This document shows, in pieces, positions 46,875-56,661 of a DNA stretch of 64,000 nucleotides; the first letter of the stretch is position 1, and every line of letters starts with the position of its first letter. The notes under the pieces were generated by a model. That model searched no databases, was not told the origin of the DNA, and worked only from the letters and a program-made list of their open reading frames with translations. Origin of the DNA: an uncultured Clostridia bacterium (lineage in GTDB: Bacteria; Bacillota; Clostridia; TANB77; CAG-508); contig CANQCG010000003.1 of assembly GCA_947589645.1 (NCBI GenBank), positions 3,891 to 67,890 on the forward strand, in the 5' to 3' direction. A program made the position numbers and the translations under genes.

Positions 46875-48119
46875 TTATTGTTTGTTCTGCCAGTCTTTTC
46901 CATCAACAAATCTTGCTACCAACATTGATGCTGCACTGTCTCCAACTGAATTTAGTACAGTTGCAGGTGCATCTATTATTGTTGCTATTATTGTTAATAT
47001 TGGAAGTGCGGCTACTGGGAATCCCATCATTGTAATTATAAACATTTCTGAGATAGTTCCACCTCCAATTGGAACTGCTGTAACTAATAAATTAGCTACT
47101 AATGCTATTCCAAGTGCTCCAAAAATTTGTGCAGGTGTAGTCATTTGCATTCCAAATAATGATACTAAGAACATTAATTTAAATACTGATCCAATAATAC
47201 TTCCATCTTTGTGGAATGATGTTCCTAGTGGAATTGTGGTTTCTGCTATATCATCAGAAACTCCCATTTGCTTTGCGGCTTTAATGTTCGTTGGAATTGT
47301 TGCTGCACTTGAGCATGTTGCTAATGCTGTTACAATTGGTGGTATAATGTTTTTCCAGAATACTTTTATTCCTTTTGTTCCTCCTGCAATGAATGCATAT
47401 AATGTATAAAATACTACAAAGAATGCTATTGACACAACTGTATAAATTACGAAAGTTTTAGCATAACCTATTGCTATTGTACTACCAAATGTTCCTACCA
47501 TTGAAGCCATATAGCATCCAAGACCAATTGGCGCATAATACATTACTATTTTTAATACATTTTCAACTACATTGTTTAATGAATGTACTAACTTTTTTAC
47601 TTCTTCTCCTTTTTCTCCAGACATTCTAATTGCTACTCCAAATATTATTGCAGCTACTAATAATGCTGTTATATTATCTTTGGTAAATAATTTTGGAAAA
47701 TCATTTACTGTAAGTAAATCTACTGTTCTTTCTAAGATGTTTACTTCTTCCTCTTCTTCTTCATCTACCTCTTCTAAAGAACTTTTAATTGCTTCTCCAT
47801 CTTCGCTGTTTACTAAGTTTGCTTTAAAAGTTGTAGCAAATCCTACTAGAACAGAAATAAGTGACATCACTAAAAATACTGCTATAATTAATCCTATGAT
47901 TTTTCCCATTCTTTTTGGGCTTTGCATTTTTGTAATTGCTGTTGTTATGTTTAGAAAAATTAGTGGAACAATAATAACTAATAGTAGATTTAAAAATATG
48001 TCCCCAAAAGGACTAAGTATAGTTGCTTTTTCTTGGAAAATAAGTCCAATAAGAGTACCAACAATTATAGCAACTAAAAGAATAATTGTTGTTTTGTAAT
48101 TTGATAAAAATTTTTTCAT
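46875..48119 (-). CDS. Dicarboxylate/amino acid:cation symporter (DAACS family)
   Basis: 414 aa polytopic. CSSAATIPT and FHKDGS-type motifs. Confidence 0.8.
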   Translation of the reverse strand: MKKFLSNYKTTIILLVAIIVGTLIGLIFQEKATILSPFGDIFLNLLLVIIVPLIFLNITTAITKMQSPKRMGKIIGLIIAVFLVMSLISVLVGFATTFKANLVNSEDGEAIKSSLEEVDEEEEEEVNILERTVDLLTVNDFPKLFTKDNITALLVAAIIFGVAIRMSGEKGEEVKKLVHSLNNVVENVLKIVMYYAPIGLGCYMASMVGTFGSTIAIGYAKTFVIYTVVSIAFFVVFYTLYAFIAGGTKGIKVFWKNIIPPIVTALATCSSAATIPTNIKAAKQMGVSDDIAETTIPLGTSFHKDGSIIGSVFKLMFLVSLFGMQMTTPAQIFGALGIALVANLLVTAVPIGGGTISEMFIITMMGFPVAALPILTIIATIIDAPATVLNSVGDSAASMLVARFVDGKDWQNKQ

Positions 48120-48148
48120 AATACTACCCCTTTTTGTTTAGGTGGTAA

Positions 48149-48172
48149 CTCGAAATATAATTATATTTCGAG
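48149..48172. promoter_or_regulatory. Perfect 24-bp palindrome in the symporter leader (operator or 5' stem-loop)
   Basis: CTCGAAATATAA|TTATATTTCGAG. Lies 13 nt downstream of the predicted -10 and 29 nt upstream of ATG 48119. Confidence 0.5.
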
Positions 48173-48185
48173 GATTTTCATCGAC

Positions 48186-48214
48186 ATTATATGACATTTT
48201 TTTAAAAATAGCAA
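48186..48214 (-). promoter_or_regulatory. Sigma-A type promoter upstream of the DAACS symporter
   Basis: TTGCTA - 17 nt - TATAAT. Confidence 0.55.
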
Positions 48215-48220
48215 CATATT

Positions 48221-48256
48221 TAAAAAAACATATATATTTATTAAAATATATATGTT
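48221..48256 (-). terminator. AT-rich hairpin terminator after recG
   Basis: 13-bp AACAUAUAUAUUU/AAAUAUAUAUGUU stem followed by UUUUUUAAA. Confidence 0.45.
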
Positions 48257-48261
48257 AAAAA

Positions 48262-50307
48262 TTAAATTTCAATACTAGTTTTAAATTTTTCTTTTACTGC
48301 TTTTTTTAATTTTTTATTTTTTGATAATTCTAATTTACTATCTTCTGATAAAATTTGTAAGGCTAATTTTTGTACCTCTTTTAATAATGGCATATCTTCA
48401 AATAAATTTGCTACTTTTAGTTCTGGAAGCCCATGCTGTGCTGTTCCAAAAAAGTCTCCCGAGCCTCTTAGCTCTAAGTCTTTTTCAGATATTATAAACC
48501 CATCATTTGTATTGCACATTACTTTCATTCTTTCACGAATGTTTTCACTATTTCCTTCATATTTTAATATACAATATGATTTGTATTCTCCTCTTCCTAC
48601 TCTTCCTCTTAACTGGTGTAACTGTGCTAGTCCAAATCTTTCTGCGTTTTCGACAATCATAAGGCTTGCATTTGGCACATTTATTCCAACTTCTATTACT
48701 GTTGTAGAAATTAAAATATCTATTTTGCCTTCTTTAAAGTCCTCCATTATTTGTTCTTTTTCTTTAGGCTTCATTTTTCCGTGTAAGTATTCTACGCGAT
48801 AATTACTAAATATTTCTGTTTTATATTTTAGGGCAAGACTTGTTACTGCTTTTAAATCGTTTTCTTCGTCTTCTTCAACTAATGGGCAAACTATGTACGC
48901 TTGTCTTCCTTCAGCTATTTGCTGTCTTACAAAATTATTTACGCGTTCCTCCATATTTTTTCTAACTGCAAATGTTTCTATTTTCTTTCTATTTGGTGGA
49001 AGTTCATCTATTATTGATATATCCAAATCTCCATATAAAATCAAGGCTAAAGTTCTTGGAATTGGTGTTGCTGACATTACTAGTACATCTGGATTTTGGC
49101 CCTTTTCTTTGATTTTTGTTCTTTGCCTTACTCCAAATCTGTGTTGCTCATCAGTTACTACAAATCCCAAATTTTTAAATTCAACATTTTCTTCCAAGAT
49201 AGCATGTGTTCCAATTAAAATGTCTATTTCTCCGTTTTTTAGTTTTTCTCGTATTTCTTCTTTTCTTTTTTTAGTCGTACTAGACACTAATAATTCACAG
49301 TTTATGCCTTTATTGTTTAAAATTTGTGTAAAGCTTTCCATATGCTGGCTAGCAAGTATTGCTGTAGGAGCCATTATTGCTACTTGGTAACCTGATTTTA
49401 CAGCCTTATATGAAGCTAAAATTGCTATTACTGTTTTTCCTGAGCCAACATCTCCTTGTAGTAATCTATTCATTCCTTTACTACTTTCCATGTTAAGTTC
49501 AATTTCTTCTAATACTCTTAGCTGTGCCTTTGTAAGTCTGAAAGGCAATTCGTTTATCAATTCTGAAATATTTACATTTTTATCAAATGCTATTCCTTTA
49601 TTTTCGCTTAGATAACTATTTTTTAATTCTAACAGAGCAAGTTGCATTATTAGCAATTCTTCAAATGCCAACCTTTTGCGTGCATTTTCAAAATCTTCTA
49701 ATTTGCTTGGAAAGTGAATTTTTTTGATAGTTTCATTTAAGCCCATTAGATTATATTTTTCTAGCAAATATTCTGGAAGTGTTTCTTCTAGCTCGTCTTC
49801 AACCTCTGATAGACCTAATTCTATTATTTTTCTTAATACATTTTGTGTTAAATTCTTAGTTAGTGGGTATATTGGAATTATTTTGCCTGTATTTTTTGTT
49901 TCACTTGCTTTTTCAAATATCGGCGAAGCAATTTCTACTCTGCCATATTGACTTGAAATTTTTCCATAAAACTTATACTTTTCGCCTACTCTAAATATAT
50001 TTTTTAAATAAGATTGGTTAAACCATAGTGCTGTGCATGTTCCAGTTTCATCCCTTAACTGTAATTTATACATTGACTTGTTTCTCATTCTTATTTCGAC
50101 AATTCTTGAAACCGCTACTCCTTCAATTAATGCTACTTCTCCATCTATGCATTCACATATTTTCTTTACTTTTCCCCTGTCCTCATATTCTCTTGGAAAA
50201 TATGTTATTAAGTCTTTTAATGTAAATACTCCTAATTTGTTTAATAATTCTGCACGATTTGGTCCAACTGTTTTTATGTATTGTACTTGTTTTTCTAAAT
50301 TTACCAT
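48262..50307 (-). CDS. recG: ATP-dependent DNA helicase RecG
   Basis: 681 aa. Wedge/OB N-terminus; Walker A GDVGSGKT; DEQH box VVTDEQHRFG; QLHQLRGRVGRG. Confidence 0.95.
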   Translation of the reverse strand: MVNLEKQVQYIKTVGPNRAELLNKLGVFTLKDLITYFPREYEDRGKVKKICECIDGEVALIEGVAVSRIVEIRMRNKSMYKLQLRDETGTCTALWFNQSYLKNIFRVGEKYKFYGKISSQYGRVEIASPIFEKASETKNTGKIIPIYPLTKNLTQNVLRKIIELGLSEVEDELEETLPEYLLEKYNLMGLNETIKKIHFPSKLEDFENARKRLAFEELLIMQLALLELKNSYLSENKGIAFDKNVNISELINELPFRLTKAQLRVLEEIELNMESSKGMNRLLQGDVGSGKTVIAILASYKAVKSGYQVAIMAPTAILASQHMESFTQILNNKGINCELLVSSTTKKRKEEIREKLKNGEIDILIGTHAILEENVEFKNLGFVVTDEQHRFGVRQRTKIKEKGQNPDVLVMSATPIPRTLALILYGDLDISIIDELPPNRKKIETFAVRKNMEERVNNFVRQQIAEGRQAYIVCPLVEEDEENDLKAVTSLALKYKTEIFSNYRVEYLHGKMKPKEKEQIMEDFKEGKIDILISTTVIEVGINVPNASLMIVENAERFGLAQLHQLRGRVGRGEYKSYCILKYEGNSENIRERMKVMCNTNDGFIISEKDLELRGSGDFFGTAQHGLPELKVANLFEDMPLLKEVQKLALQILSEDSKLELSKNKKLKKAVKEKFKTSIEI

Positions 50308-50314
50308 ATCTACT

Positions 50315-50350
50315 ATATGCTAGTTTTTGCTTACTAACATATCTCCTTTA
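50315..50350 (-). promoter_or_regulatory. SD+hairpin leader module, copy 4 (recG 5' UTR)
   Basis: GUAAAGGAG-AUAUGUUAGU-AAGCAAAA-ACUAGCAUAU-AGUAGAU-AUG(50307). 10-bp stem with one U.G pair. Confidence 0.65.
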
Positions 50351-50372
50351 CTAAAACCTCTTTGCATTTTTT

Positions 50373-50400
50373 ATTTTATCATACTGTTTTTCTTTGTCAA
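50373..50400 (-). promoter_or_regulatory. Sigma-A type promoter upstream of recG
   Basis: TTGACA - 16 nt - TAAAAT, with an extended -10 TG (TGATAAAAT). Confidence 0.6.
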
Positions 50401-50463
50401 TGCTTTTGGTTTGCAGGAAGATTTAGATTATAAATTTTATTTAATTAGTTATATAGTTAACAT

Positions 50464-51588
50464 CTAGTTATTACTTTGTTGTATTTTTTCTATTTCTTCC
50501 TTCGACATTTGTGTTACTTGCTCTATTGTTTCTATGTTTATGCCTAAGTTTAGCATGTTTTTTACTATCGTTCTTATTCCTTGTTTTACCCCTTGTTTTA
50601 TGCCTTGACTTATTCCTTGACTTATTCCTTGACTTATTCCTTGACTTATTCCTTGACTTATTCCTTGACTCATCCCTTGGTTTATGCCTTGTTTCATTCC
50701 TTTATTTATTCCTTTTTGCATAGCTTTTTGTGCAATTTTTAATCTCTCTTTTCTATCATTTCTTTTTATTCTTTCAATAAAAGCTTCCATATTATATTCC
50801 TCCTCTTTACTTTGTATTATTTTTTCTATTTTTTCTGAATCTTCTTTATTTAAAGTTCTGTTTAAGATATATTTTGCTATATTTTTTAGTTTATCTAATT
50901 TTTTCTCATCCTGTGTATTATTTATGATTTTTCCTAAATTTGTAACTAGTTCAGCAGTATTATTACTATTTTCTATTATCATAATATTAGCTAACATTGT
51001 GCCTAAGCTTAAAAGCTCTTCAGTCTTAAAACTGTTTGCCTGAACTAAATTATATTTTACATTTAGTCTTCCCTCCTCATAACCTTCAACTGTTTCTTGA
51101 TTTTGAGAAATGTAACCATTTGAATGCCATTTTCTTTTACCTGTATAGATTATTATCGGTATAACTATGGGCATTTTCTTGTTTTCTTTAATATTTGTAG
51201 TTCTTAATATTTCGGTGTAATATTCTATTAACCTAAATGGCATATTCCTATCTATTTTTGATTGATGCTCAATTAATATAAATGCATTCTTTTGCTTTAT
51301 TTTGTAGACAACATCCGCTTCTCTATTTTGATATTTGCTGGTTATAAAGCTTGTGTTATATGCTTCTATATCATCTGTATTTATTGTATTATTTAAATTT
51401 ATAAAATCTTTTAAAAAACATACTATCTCTGCTTTATCGGCTAAAATATCTCTAAAACATTTGTCGTGTATATTATTAACATCTGCATAATATGCTTCTT
51501 CTTCCTCACCACATAATAGAATAGAAGTATTCTCAAAACATTTTACATACAATAAATAATCGCTATATGTAAGTACTTCCAATAGCAT
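50464..51588 (-). CDS. Rpn-family (YhgA-like) PD-(D/E)XK recombination-promoting nuclease / putative transposase
   Basis: 374 aa. Core ADVVYKIKQKNAFILIEHQSKID; C-terminal tetrapeptide repeat array and helical tail. The N-terminal 40 aa are poorly Rpn-like, so the true start is uncertain. Confidence 0.7.
   Translation of the reverse strand: MLLEVLTYSDYLLYVKCFENTSILLCGEEEEAYYADVNNIHDKCFRDILADKAEIVCFLKDFINLNNTINTDDIEAYNTSFITSKYQNREADVVYKIKQKNAFILIEHQSKIDRNMPFRLIEYYTEILRTTNIKENKKMPIVIPIIIYTGKRKWHSNGYISQNQETVEGYEEGRLNVKYNLVQANSFKTEELLSLGTMLANIMIIENSNNTAELVTNLGKIINNTQDEKKLDKLKNIAKYILNRTLNKEDSEKIEKIIQSKEEEYNMEAFIERIKRNDRKERLKIAQKAMQKGINKGMKQGINQGMSQGISQGISQGISQGISQGISQGIKQGVKQGIRTIVKNMLNLGINIETIEQVTQMSKEEIEKIQQSNN
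50572..50715 (-). repeat. In-frame 12-bp tandem repeat array encoding about 13 (K/Q)-G-(I/M/V)-x tetrapeptides in the Rpn gene
   Basis: Five perfect CCTTGACTTATT units at 50603-50662 flanked by degenerate units. Protein reads KGIN KGMK QGIN QGMS (QGIS)x5 QGIK QGVK QGIR. Confidence 0.9.
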
Positions 51589-51757
51589 TCCTCCCTAAAT
51601 ATAAAATTTTATTGATTTATAAATTTGAATTAATTCTTTGAAAAAAAGATTATTTTGCCTAACCTAAGTTGATTTTGAATCTATATAATTAATAGCATAA
51701 TTTTAAACAATTTGCAATACTTTTTTGAAATATTTTCGTTTGTTATTTGCTTTCAAT

Positions 51758-51815
51758 TCAAAAAAGAATTAATATTTTTTAAAGTTTAAATACTTTAATA
51801 AAATATTAATTCCTT
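51758..51815 (-). terminator. Long-loop hairpin terminator candidate after the metallophosphoesterase gene
   Basis: 15-bp stem AGGAAUUAAUAUUUU/AAAAUAUUAAUUCUU (one G.U pair), 21-nt loop, then UUUUGAA. Confidence 0.35.
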
Positions 51816-51819
51816 TTGT

Positions 51820-52524
51820 TTAGTCTATTTTATATAATTTAAAGTCTAAAGCGTCTGCACTTACTAGTTTAAATTGTATTCCTTCATATTCTCCCTCAAA
51901 TGCCTCTTTTATGGATGTTCCGTGTAAGTGACCATAAAAGCATTTTTTTACATTATATTTTTTCATTAATTCAATAAATTTGGCTTCGTTTTCATTTAAA
52001 GACATATTATTTGTAATTGGTGGATAATGCATAAATACAATTATTTCTTTTTCATCATTTGCTTTTTGCAAACCGTTTTTTATTGATGTTTCTAATCTTG
52101 CAAACTCTCTATTTATTATCTTTTCATCTTTTTCTTCTGATAAGTTCCAACCTCTTGTACCAGCTATGATGTAATTTTCAAATTCAAAACCATCATTATA
52201 TACAAAATCTATATTCTCAAAATTTTTTTCTTGCAAGAATTTTTTCATTTTTGTAATTGTATTCCACCAGTAATCATGGTTACCTTTTAGAAGTAATTTT
52301 TTACCTGGAAGACTATTTAAATATTCAAAATCTTTTTCAGTATCTTCTAAACTCATTGACCACGAAAAATCTCCAGGCAATACTACTAAATCGTTGTCAT
52401 TTACTTTTTCGAGCCAATCTTTTTTTATTTTTTCTTCATGCCCACACCAATTATCTCCAAATATGTCCATTGGCTTATTCTCATTAAATGATAAGTGTAG
52501 GTCTGCTATTACATATATTGACAT
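51820..52524 (-). CDS. Metallophosphoesterase (calcineurin-like)
   Basis: 234 aa. Motifs IADLHL, PGDFSW, GNHDYWW, GHLHG. Confidence 0.75.
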   Translation of the reverse strand: MSIYVIADLHLSFNENKPMDIFGDNWCGHEEKIKKDWLEKVNDNDLVVLPGDFSWSMSLEDTEKDFEYLNSLPGKKLLLKGNHDYWWNTITKMKKFLQEKNFENIDFVYNDGFEFENYIIAGTRGWNLSEEKDEKIINREFARLETSIKNGLQKANDEKEIIVFMHYPPITNNMSLNENEAKFIELMKKYNVKKCFYGHLHGTSIKEAFEGEYEGIQFKLVSADALDFKLYKID

Positions 52525-52533
52525 AGTTAATTT

Positions 52534-53526
52534 TTATTCTCCTAATTTTAAATTTGGAACTGCATTTAAGGTTAAATCAGAAATATCTCCATTTTTGAAT
52601 CTATAATATCCTGCTGCTCCTATCATTGCTGCATTATCTGTACATAATTTTAAGTCTGGCATATATATTTTTATGCCTTGATCTTCTAGTTTTAAAAATT
52701 CTTTCCTTATATAGCTATTTGCTGAAACTCCTCCCGCTAATGCTACTTTTTTTACTCCTGTTTGCTCTATTGCTTTTAATACATTTTGCAATAAAACCTC
52801 AGATACCGTTTTTTCGAAACTAATGCATAAATCTGCTTTGTTTATATCTGGATTTTTATGATGCAAATTTATTACTGCTGTTTTTATTCCACTAAAGCTA
52901 AAGTCTAAATTGTCTAGGTGTATTTTAGGAAGTTCAATATTAGGCTTGCCCTCTTGTGCAAGCTTGTCTATCTTTGGTCCTCCTGGGTAACCAAGCCCTA
53001 TTACTCTTGCTACTTTGTCAAAGGCTTCCCCTATTGCATCATCACGAGTTTTGCCTAATACTTCGAAATTGCAATAATCTTTTACATATCCTATTTGAGT
53101 GTTTCCTCCTGATGTCATCATACATAAAAATGGAGGCTCTAAATCTTTATGTGTTATATAATTTGCCGCTATATGACCTTCTATATGATTTACACCAACT
53201 AGTGACTTTTTTAATGCATAGCTTAAGGCTTTTCCATAAGAAAGTCCAACTAAAAGTGCACCAACTAATCCAGGTCCATATGTTGGTGCTATTACATCTA
53301 TGTCTTTAAAATTAAGACCCGCTTCTTTTAATGCATTTTCTACAACTCTTGTAATCGCTTCTATATGATTTCTTGATGCTATTTCTGGGACTACTCCACC
53401 GTATTTTTCATGTATTTTTATTTGAGTATCTATTATATTAGATAAAACTTCTCTGCCATTTTTTATTATGGCAGCAGAAGTTTCATCACAACTTGATTCT
53501 ATTCCTAGTGTAATTATATCTTTCAT
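52534..53526 (-). CDS. tsaD: tRNA N6-adenosine threonylcarbamoyltransferase
   Basis: 330 aa. [22 protein letters not shown]. Confidence 0.95.
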   Translation of the reverse strand: MKDIITLGIESSCDETSAAIIKNGREVLSNIIDTQIKIHEKYGGVVPEIASRNHIEAITRVVENALKEAGLNFKDIDVIAPTYGPGLVGALLVGLSYGKALSYALKKSLVGVNHIEGHIAANYITHKDLEPPFLCMMTSGGNTQIGYVKDYCNFEVLGKTRDDAIGEAFDKVARVIGLGYPGGPKIDKLAQEGKPNIELPKIHLDNLDFSFSGIKTAVINLHHKNPDINKADLCISFEKTVSEVLLQNVLKAIEQTGVKKVALAGGVSANSYIRKEFLKLEDQGIKIYMPDLKLCTDNAAMIGAAGYYRFKNGDISDLTLNAVPNLKLGE

Positions 53527-53562
53527 TACTTCTCCATTCTTTTTTACTTAAACGCGCAAATT

Positions 53563-54306
53563 TTATAGTCTAAATATGAATTGTCCAAATGTTAATATTT
53601 GATTTGCTATAAAATCTATTGCTGGTGATATAAACCTTCCAGCTAGACCTGTAACCCAAAGTGCTAAAAATACCATATAAAAGATATGTTCATTATTTAC
53701 AAACCAATATTTAACTTTTGATGGTAATATTGGTAAAAATACTTTTGAGCCATCTAGTGGAGGTAATGGTATTAAATTAAATACTCCTAAACCTACATTT
53801 ACTATAATAGCATAAAATATTATAGTTAAGGTTACACTACCTGCTGTTGTCATATAAAATGCTGCTCCAAACTTTACAATTGCACAATATATTAATGTTA
53901 AAACAATAGCTAGTATAAAATTCATAATTGGTCCTGCAATAGATACAATTGCATCTGCTACTTCCATGCTAAATCTTCTATCATAATTTCTAGGGTCTAC
54001 TTGTACTGGTTTTCCCCATCCAATATGCACAAATATTAACATTAATATTCCAAGTGGATCTATATGATCCATTGGATTAAGGCTTAAACGTCCTTGCCTT
54101 CTAGGTGTATCATCACCTAGTTTATCTGCTGCATAGGCATGTGCAAATTCATGGAATGTTATTGCTATTAATACGCCTGGTAATGTGAATAATAAACTTA
54201 GTAATGCTCCTTGTGATGATGTTGCATAATTTAATAATGTTATTATTGCCATAGCAATTATAATTCCATAAATTATTTTTCTGTTTGAATTATACATTTT
54301 TTTCAT
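53563..54306 (-). CDS. Site-2 protease family (M50) membrane metalloprotease
   Basis: 247 aa polytopic. HEFAHAYAA zinc motif; LIPLPPLDGS. The start may be the second ATG, at 54297. Confidence 0.8.
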   Translation of the reverse strand: MKKMYNSNRKIIYGIIIAMAIITLLNYATSSQGALLSLLFTLPGVLIAITFHEFAHAYAADKLGDDTPRRQGRLSLNPMDHIDPLGILMLIFVHIGWGKPVQVDPRNYDRRFSMEVADAIVSIAGPIMNFILAIVLTLIYCAIVKFGAAFYMTTAGSVTLTIIFYAIIVNVGLGVFNLIPLPPLDGSKVFLPILPSKVKYWFVNNEHIFYMVFLALWVTGLAGRFISPAIDFIANQILTFGQFIFRL

Positions 54307-54411
54307 TCCTTTCTCTTTTATCTTTCTTATTAATGTCCATGTTTTCTCTTTTCTCTGTTAATGTTATGTACATACTTTCTTATTTTTTACTCTTTTACCA
54401 TCAGAAAATGA

Positions 54412-54978
54412 TTAATCTCTATTATAATCTAATGTATCTTTTGAACGATATTTGTTTAATAAATCTATAACTGTTTTATCATCACTTGCAATATTATAAC
54501 TCAAGCTCACATCTTGGCCAGTGAAATTTTTTGCATAAACTTTGTCTAGCATTGTTAATAATTCATTAAAGAAGCCTGTTTCATTATATATAACAATTGG
54601 TTTATCAAATTCTTTACTTCTTTTCATTTCAATAGCAGTAATTAATTCATATAAAGTACCAATTCCTCCTGGTAAAAACAATAACATATCTGAATTGCTT
54701 ATAAGTGCACTTGTTCTATCATTAACATTTTTAGTTAAAATTTCTGTATCACATTCTAGTTTTTTAAAATCGTCCTTATATATTTCAGGTGCTATTCCTA
54801 TAACACTTCGATTATATTGCTTTGCTAATCTATAAGCAACTCCCATTATACCACTATTCATTGCTCCAAAAACTAAATTATTATCTTGTTTAAATATTTG
54901 ATTTAATAATAGCTTTGAACTTTCTAAGTATTTCTTATCTATATCATTTGATGATGAGCAACATACTGCAATGTTCAT
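54412..54978 (-). CDS. LOG family (TIGR00730) nucleotide phosphoribohydrolase
   Basis: 188 aa. PGGIGTLYEL motif. Confidence 0.8.
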   Translation of the reverse strand: MNIAVCCSSSNDIDKKYLESSKLLLNQIFKQDNNLVFGAMNSGIMGVAYRLAKQYNRSVIGIAPEIYKDDFKKLECDTEILTKNVNDRTSALISNSDMLLFLPGGIGTLYELITAIEMKRSKEFDKPIVIYNETGFFNELLTMLDKVYAKNFTGQDVSLSYNIASDDKTVIDLLNKYRSKDTLDYNRD

Positions 54979-55014
54979 ATAAATCTCCTTTTTATACCAA
55001 ATTATTAGAATTAA

Positions 55015-56514
55015 CTAGTTCAATGGCTTCATCGTTGGGAAGAATAATACATCTCTTATTGATGCTGAATCTGTAAATAGCATAATCATTCTATCTATTC
55101 CGATTCCAAGTCCGCCAGTTGGAGGCATACCATATTCTAGAGCTGTAATAAAATCTTCATCCATCATATTAGCTTCTTCGTCACCTGCATCACGTTGCTT
55201 TAATTGAGCTACAAATCTTTCATATTGGTCTATTGGGTCATTTAATTCTGAATATGCATTTCCATATTCACGTCCTCCAATAAAACATTCAAATCTTTCT
55301 GTTAATCTTTTATCAGATGGCTTCTTTTTTGTAAGAGGTGATACATCTACTGGGTAGTCACACACAAATGTTGGTTGTATTAATGTCTCTTCAACAAATG
55401 TTTCAAAGAATGCATTTATTATGTATCCTCTTGTTTTTTTGCTTTCTTCTATTTCAACACCTTTTTGTTTTGCAATTGCTACCGCTTCTTCGTCAGTATC
55501 TATTTTATTAAAATCTACCCCTGTTACTTCTTTTATTGCGTCTATCATGGTTGTTCTTTTCCATTTTGTTCCTAAATCAATTTCTGTTCCTTGATAATTT
55601 ATTACTGTTTTTCCTAAAACTCTTTCTGCAACTGTTCTAAATATTTCTTCTGTTATGTCCATCATATCATGATAATCTTGATATGCAGCATATAGCTCTA
55701 TTGCAGTAAATTCTGGGTTATGCCTTATATCAATTCCTTCGTTTCTAAAGTTCTTACCAATCTCATAAACCTTATCAAAACCACCTACTATTAGTCTTTT
55801 TAAGTATAGTTCTGTTGCTATTCTTAAATACATGTCCATATCTAGTGTATTGTGATGTGTTATAAATGGCTTTGCTGCTGCTCCTCCTGCTATGGTATTT
55901 AATGTTGGTGTTTCTACCTCTAGGTATCCTTTGCTGTCTAATATGTTTCTTATTTCACTTATTATTTTACTTCTTAATATAAAAGTGTCTTTTACTTCTG
56001 GATTTACTATTAAGTCTAAATATCTTTGCCTGTATCTTAAATCGACATCTTTTAAGCCATGGAATTTTTCTGGTAAAGGTCTTAATGATTTTGAAAGTAA
56101 AGTTACCTCTTTTGCATGTACAGAAATTTCTTCTGTTCTTGTTTTAAATACAAAACCTTTTATTCCTATAATGTCACCAATATCAAATGTTTTAAAAGCT
56201 TTGTAAGATTCCTCTCCTAAGTCGTTTATGCTTACATAGCTTTGTATTTTTTCATCTGAGTCTAGTATTGTGCAAAATGATGCCTTTCCCATTATTCTTT
56301 TTGCTATTATTCTTCCTGCAACAGCTACGTCTTTTTGCTCAAATTTTTCATAATTTGATTTTATTTCCCCTGCTGAATTTGTTCTATCAAATTTTGTTAT
56401 TTCAAATGGATCTTTTCCTGAAGATTGTAATTCTTCTAATTTTTCTCTTCTAATTTTCATTAATTGATTTAAGTCTAATTCTTGTTCTTGATTTTCCTCA
56501 TTATTTTCTTGCAT
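55015..56514 (-). CDS. lysS: Lysine-tRNA ligase (class II)
   Basis: 499 aa. OB N-terminal domain; [15 protein letters not shown]; [12 protein letters not shown]. Confidence 0.95.
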   Translation of the reverse strand: MQENNEENQEQELDLNQLMKIRREKLEELQSSGKDPFEITKFDRTNSAGEIKSNYEKFEQKDVAVAGRIIAKRIMGKASFCTILDSDEKIQSYVSINDLGEESYKAFKTFDIGDIIGIKGFVFKTRTEEISVHAKEVTLLSKSLRPLPEKFHGLKDVDLRYRQRYLDLIVNPEVKDTFILRSKIISEIRNILDSKGYLEVETPTLNTIAGGAAAKPFITHHNTLDMDMYLRIATELYLKRLIVGGFDKVYEIGKNFRNEGIDIRHNPEFTAIELYAAYQDYHDMMDITEEIFRTVAERVLGKTVINYQGTEIDLGTKWKRTTMIDAIKEVTGVDFNKIDTDEEAVAIAKQKGVEIEESKKTRGYIINAFFETFVEETLIQPTFVCDYPVDVSPLTKKKPSDKRLTERFECFIGGREYGNAYSELNDPIDQYERFVAQLKQRDAGDEEANMMDEDFITALEYGMPPTGGLGIGIDRMIMLFTDSASIRDVLFFPTMKPLN

Positions 56515-56586
56515 TTTACATTTCTCCCTTATTGATAATTTTAAATATCTTGTTTGATATTTTGAACAATAGTCTTATATAATTAC

Positions 56587-56661
56587 TGGCTGGGGTACTG
56601 TGATTCGAACACAGGAATGTCGGAGTCAGAGTCCGATGCCTTACCGCTTGGCGATACCCCA
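56587..56661 (-). tRNA. tRNA-Gln (anticodon CUG), CCA encoded
   Basis: Hand-folded cloverleaf: acceptor UGGGGUA/UACCCCA; anticodon stem UCGGA/UCCGA with loop CUCUGAC; T arm CUGUG-UUCGAAU-CACAG; discriminator G + CCA. 75 nt, close to E. coli tRNA-Gln. Confidence 0.9.

Noticed and set aside
46756-47409. 217-aa plus-strand ORF, together with the other long plus-strand ORFs such as 25128-25694, 47572-48099, 49 kb and 41865-42341
   Set aside because: Each lies entirely antisense to a well-supported conserved minus-strand gene. They translate to low-complexity F/L/S/I-rich sequence typical of shadow ORFs in AT-rich DNA, with no SD and no recognisable motifs.
50603-50662. Regular short direct repeats that might suggest a CRISPR array
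   Set aside because: The units are 12 bp and contiguous with no spacers. They lie in frame inside a coding sequence and translate to a tetrapeptide repeat. No cas genes are present.
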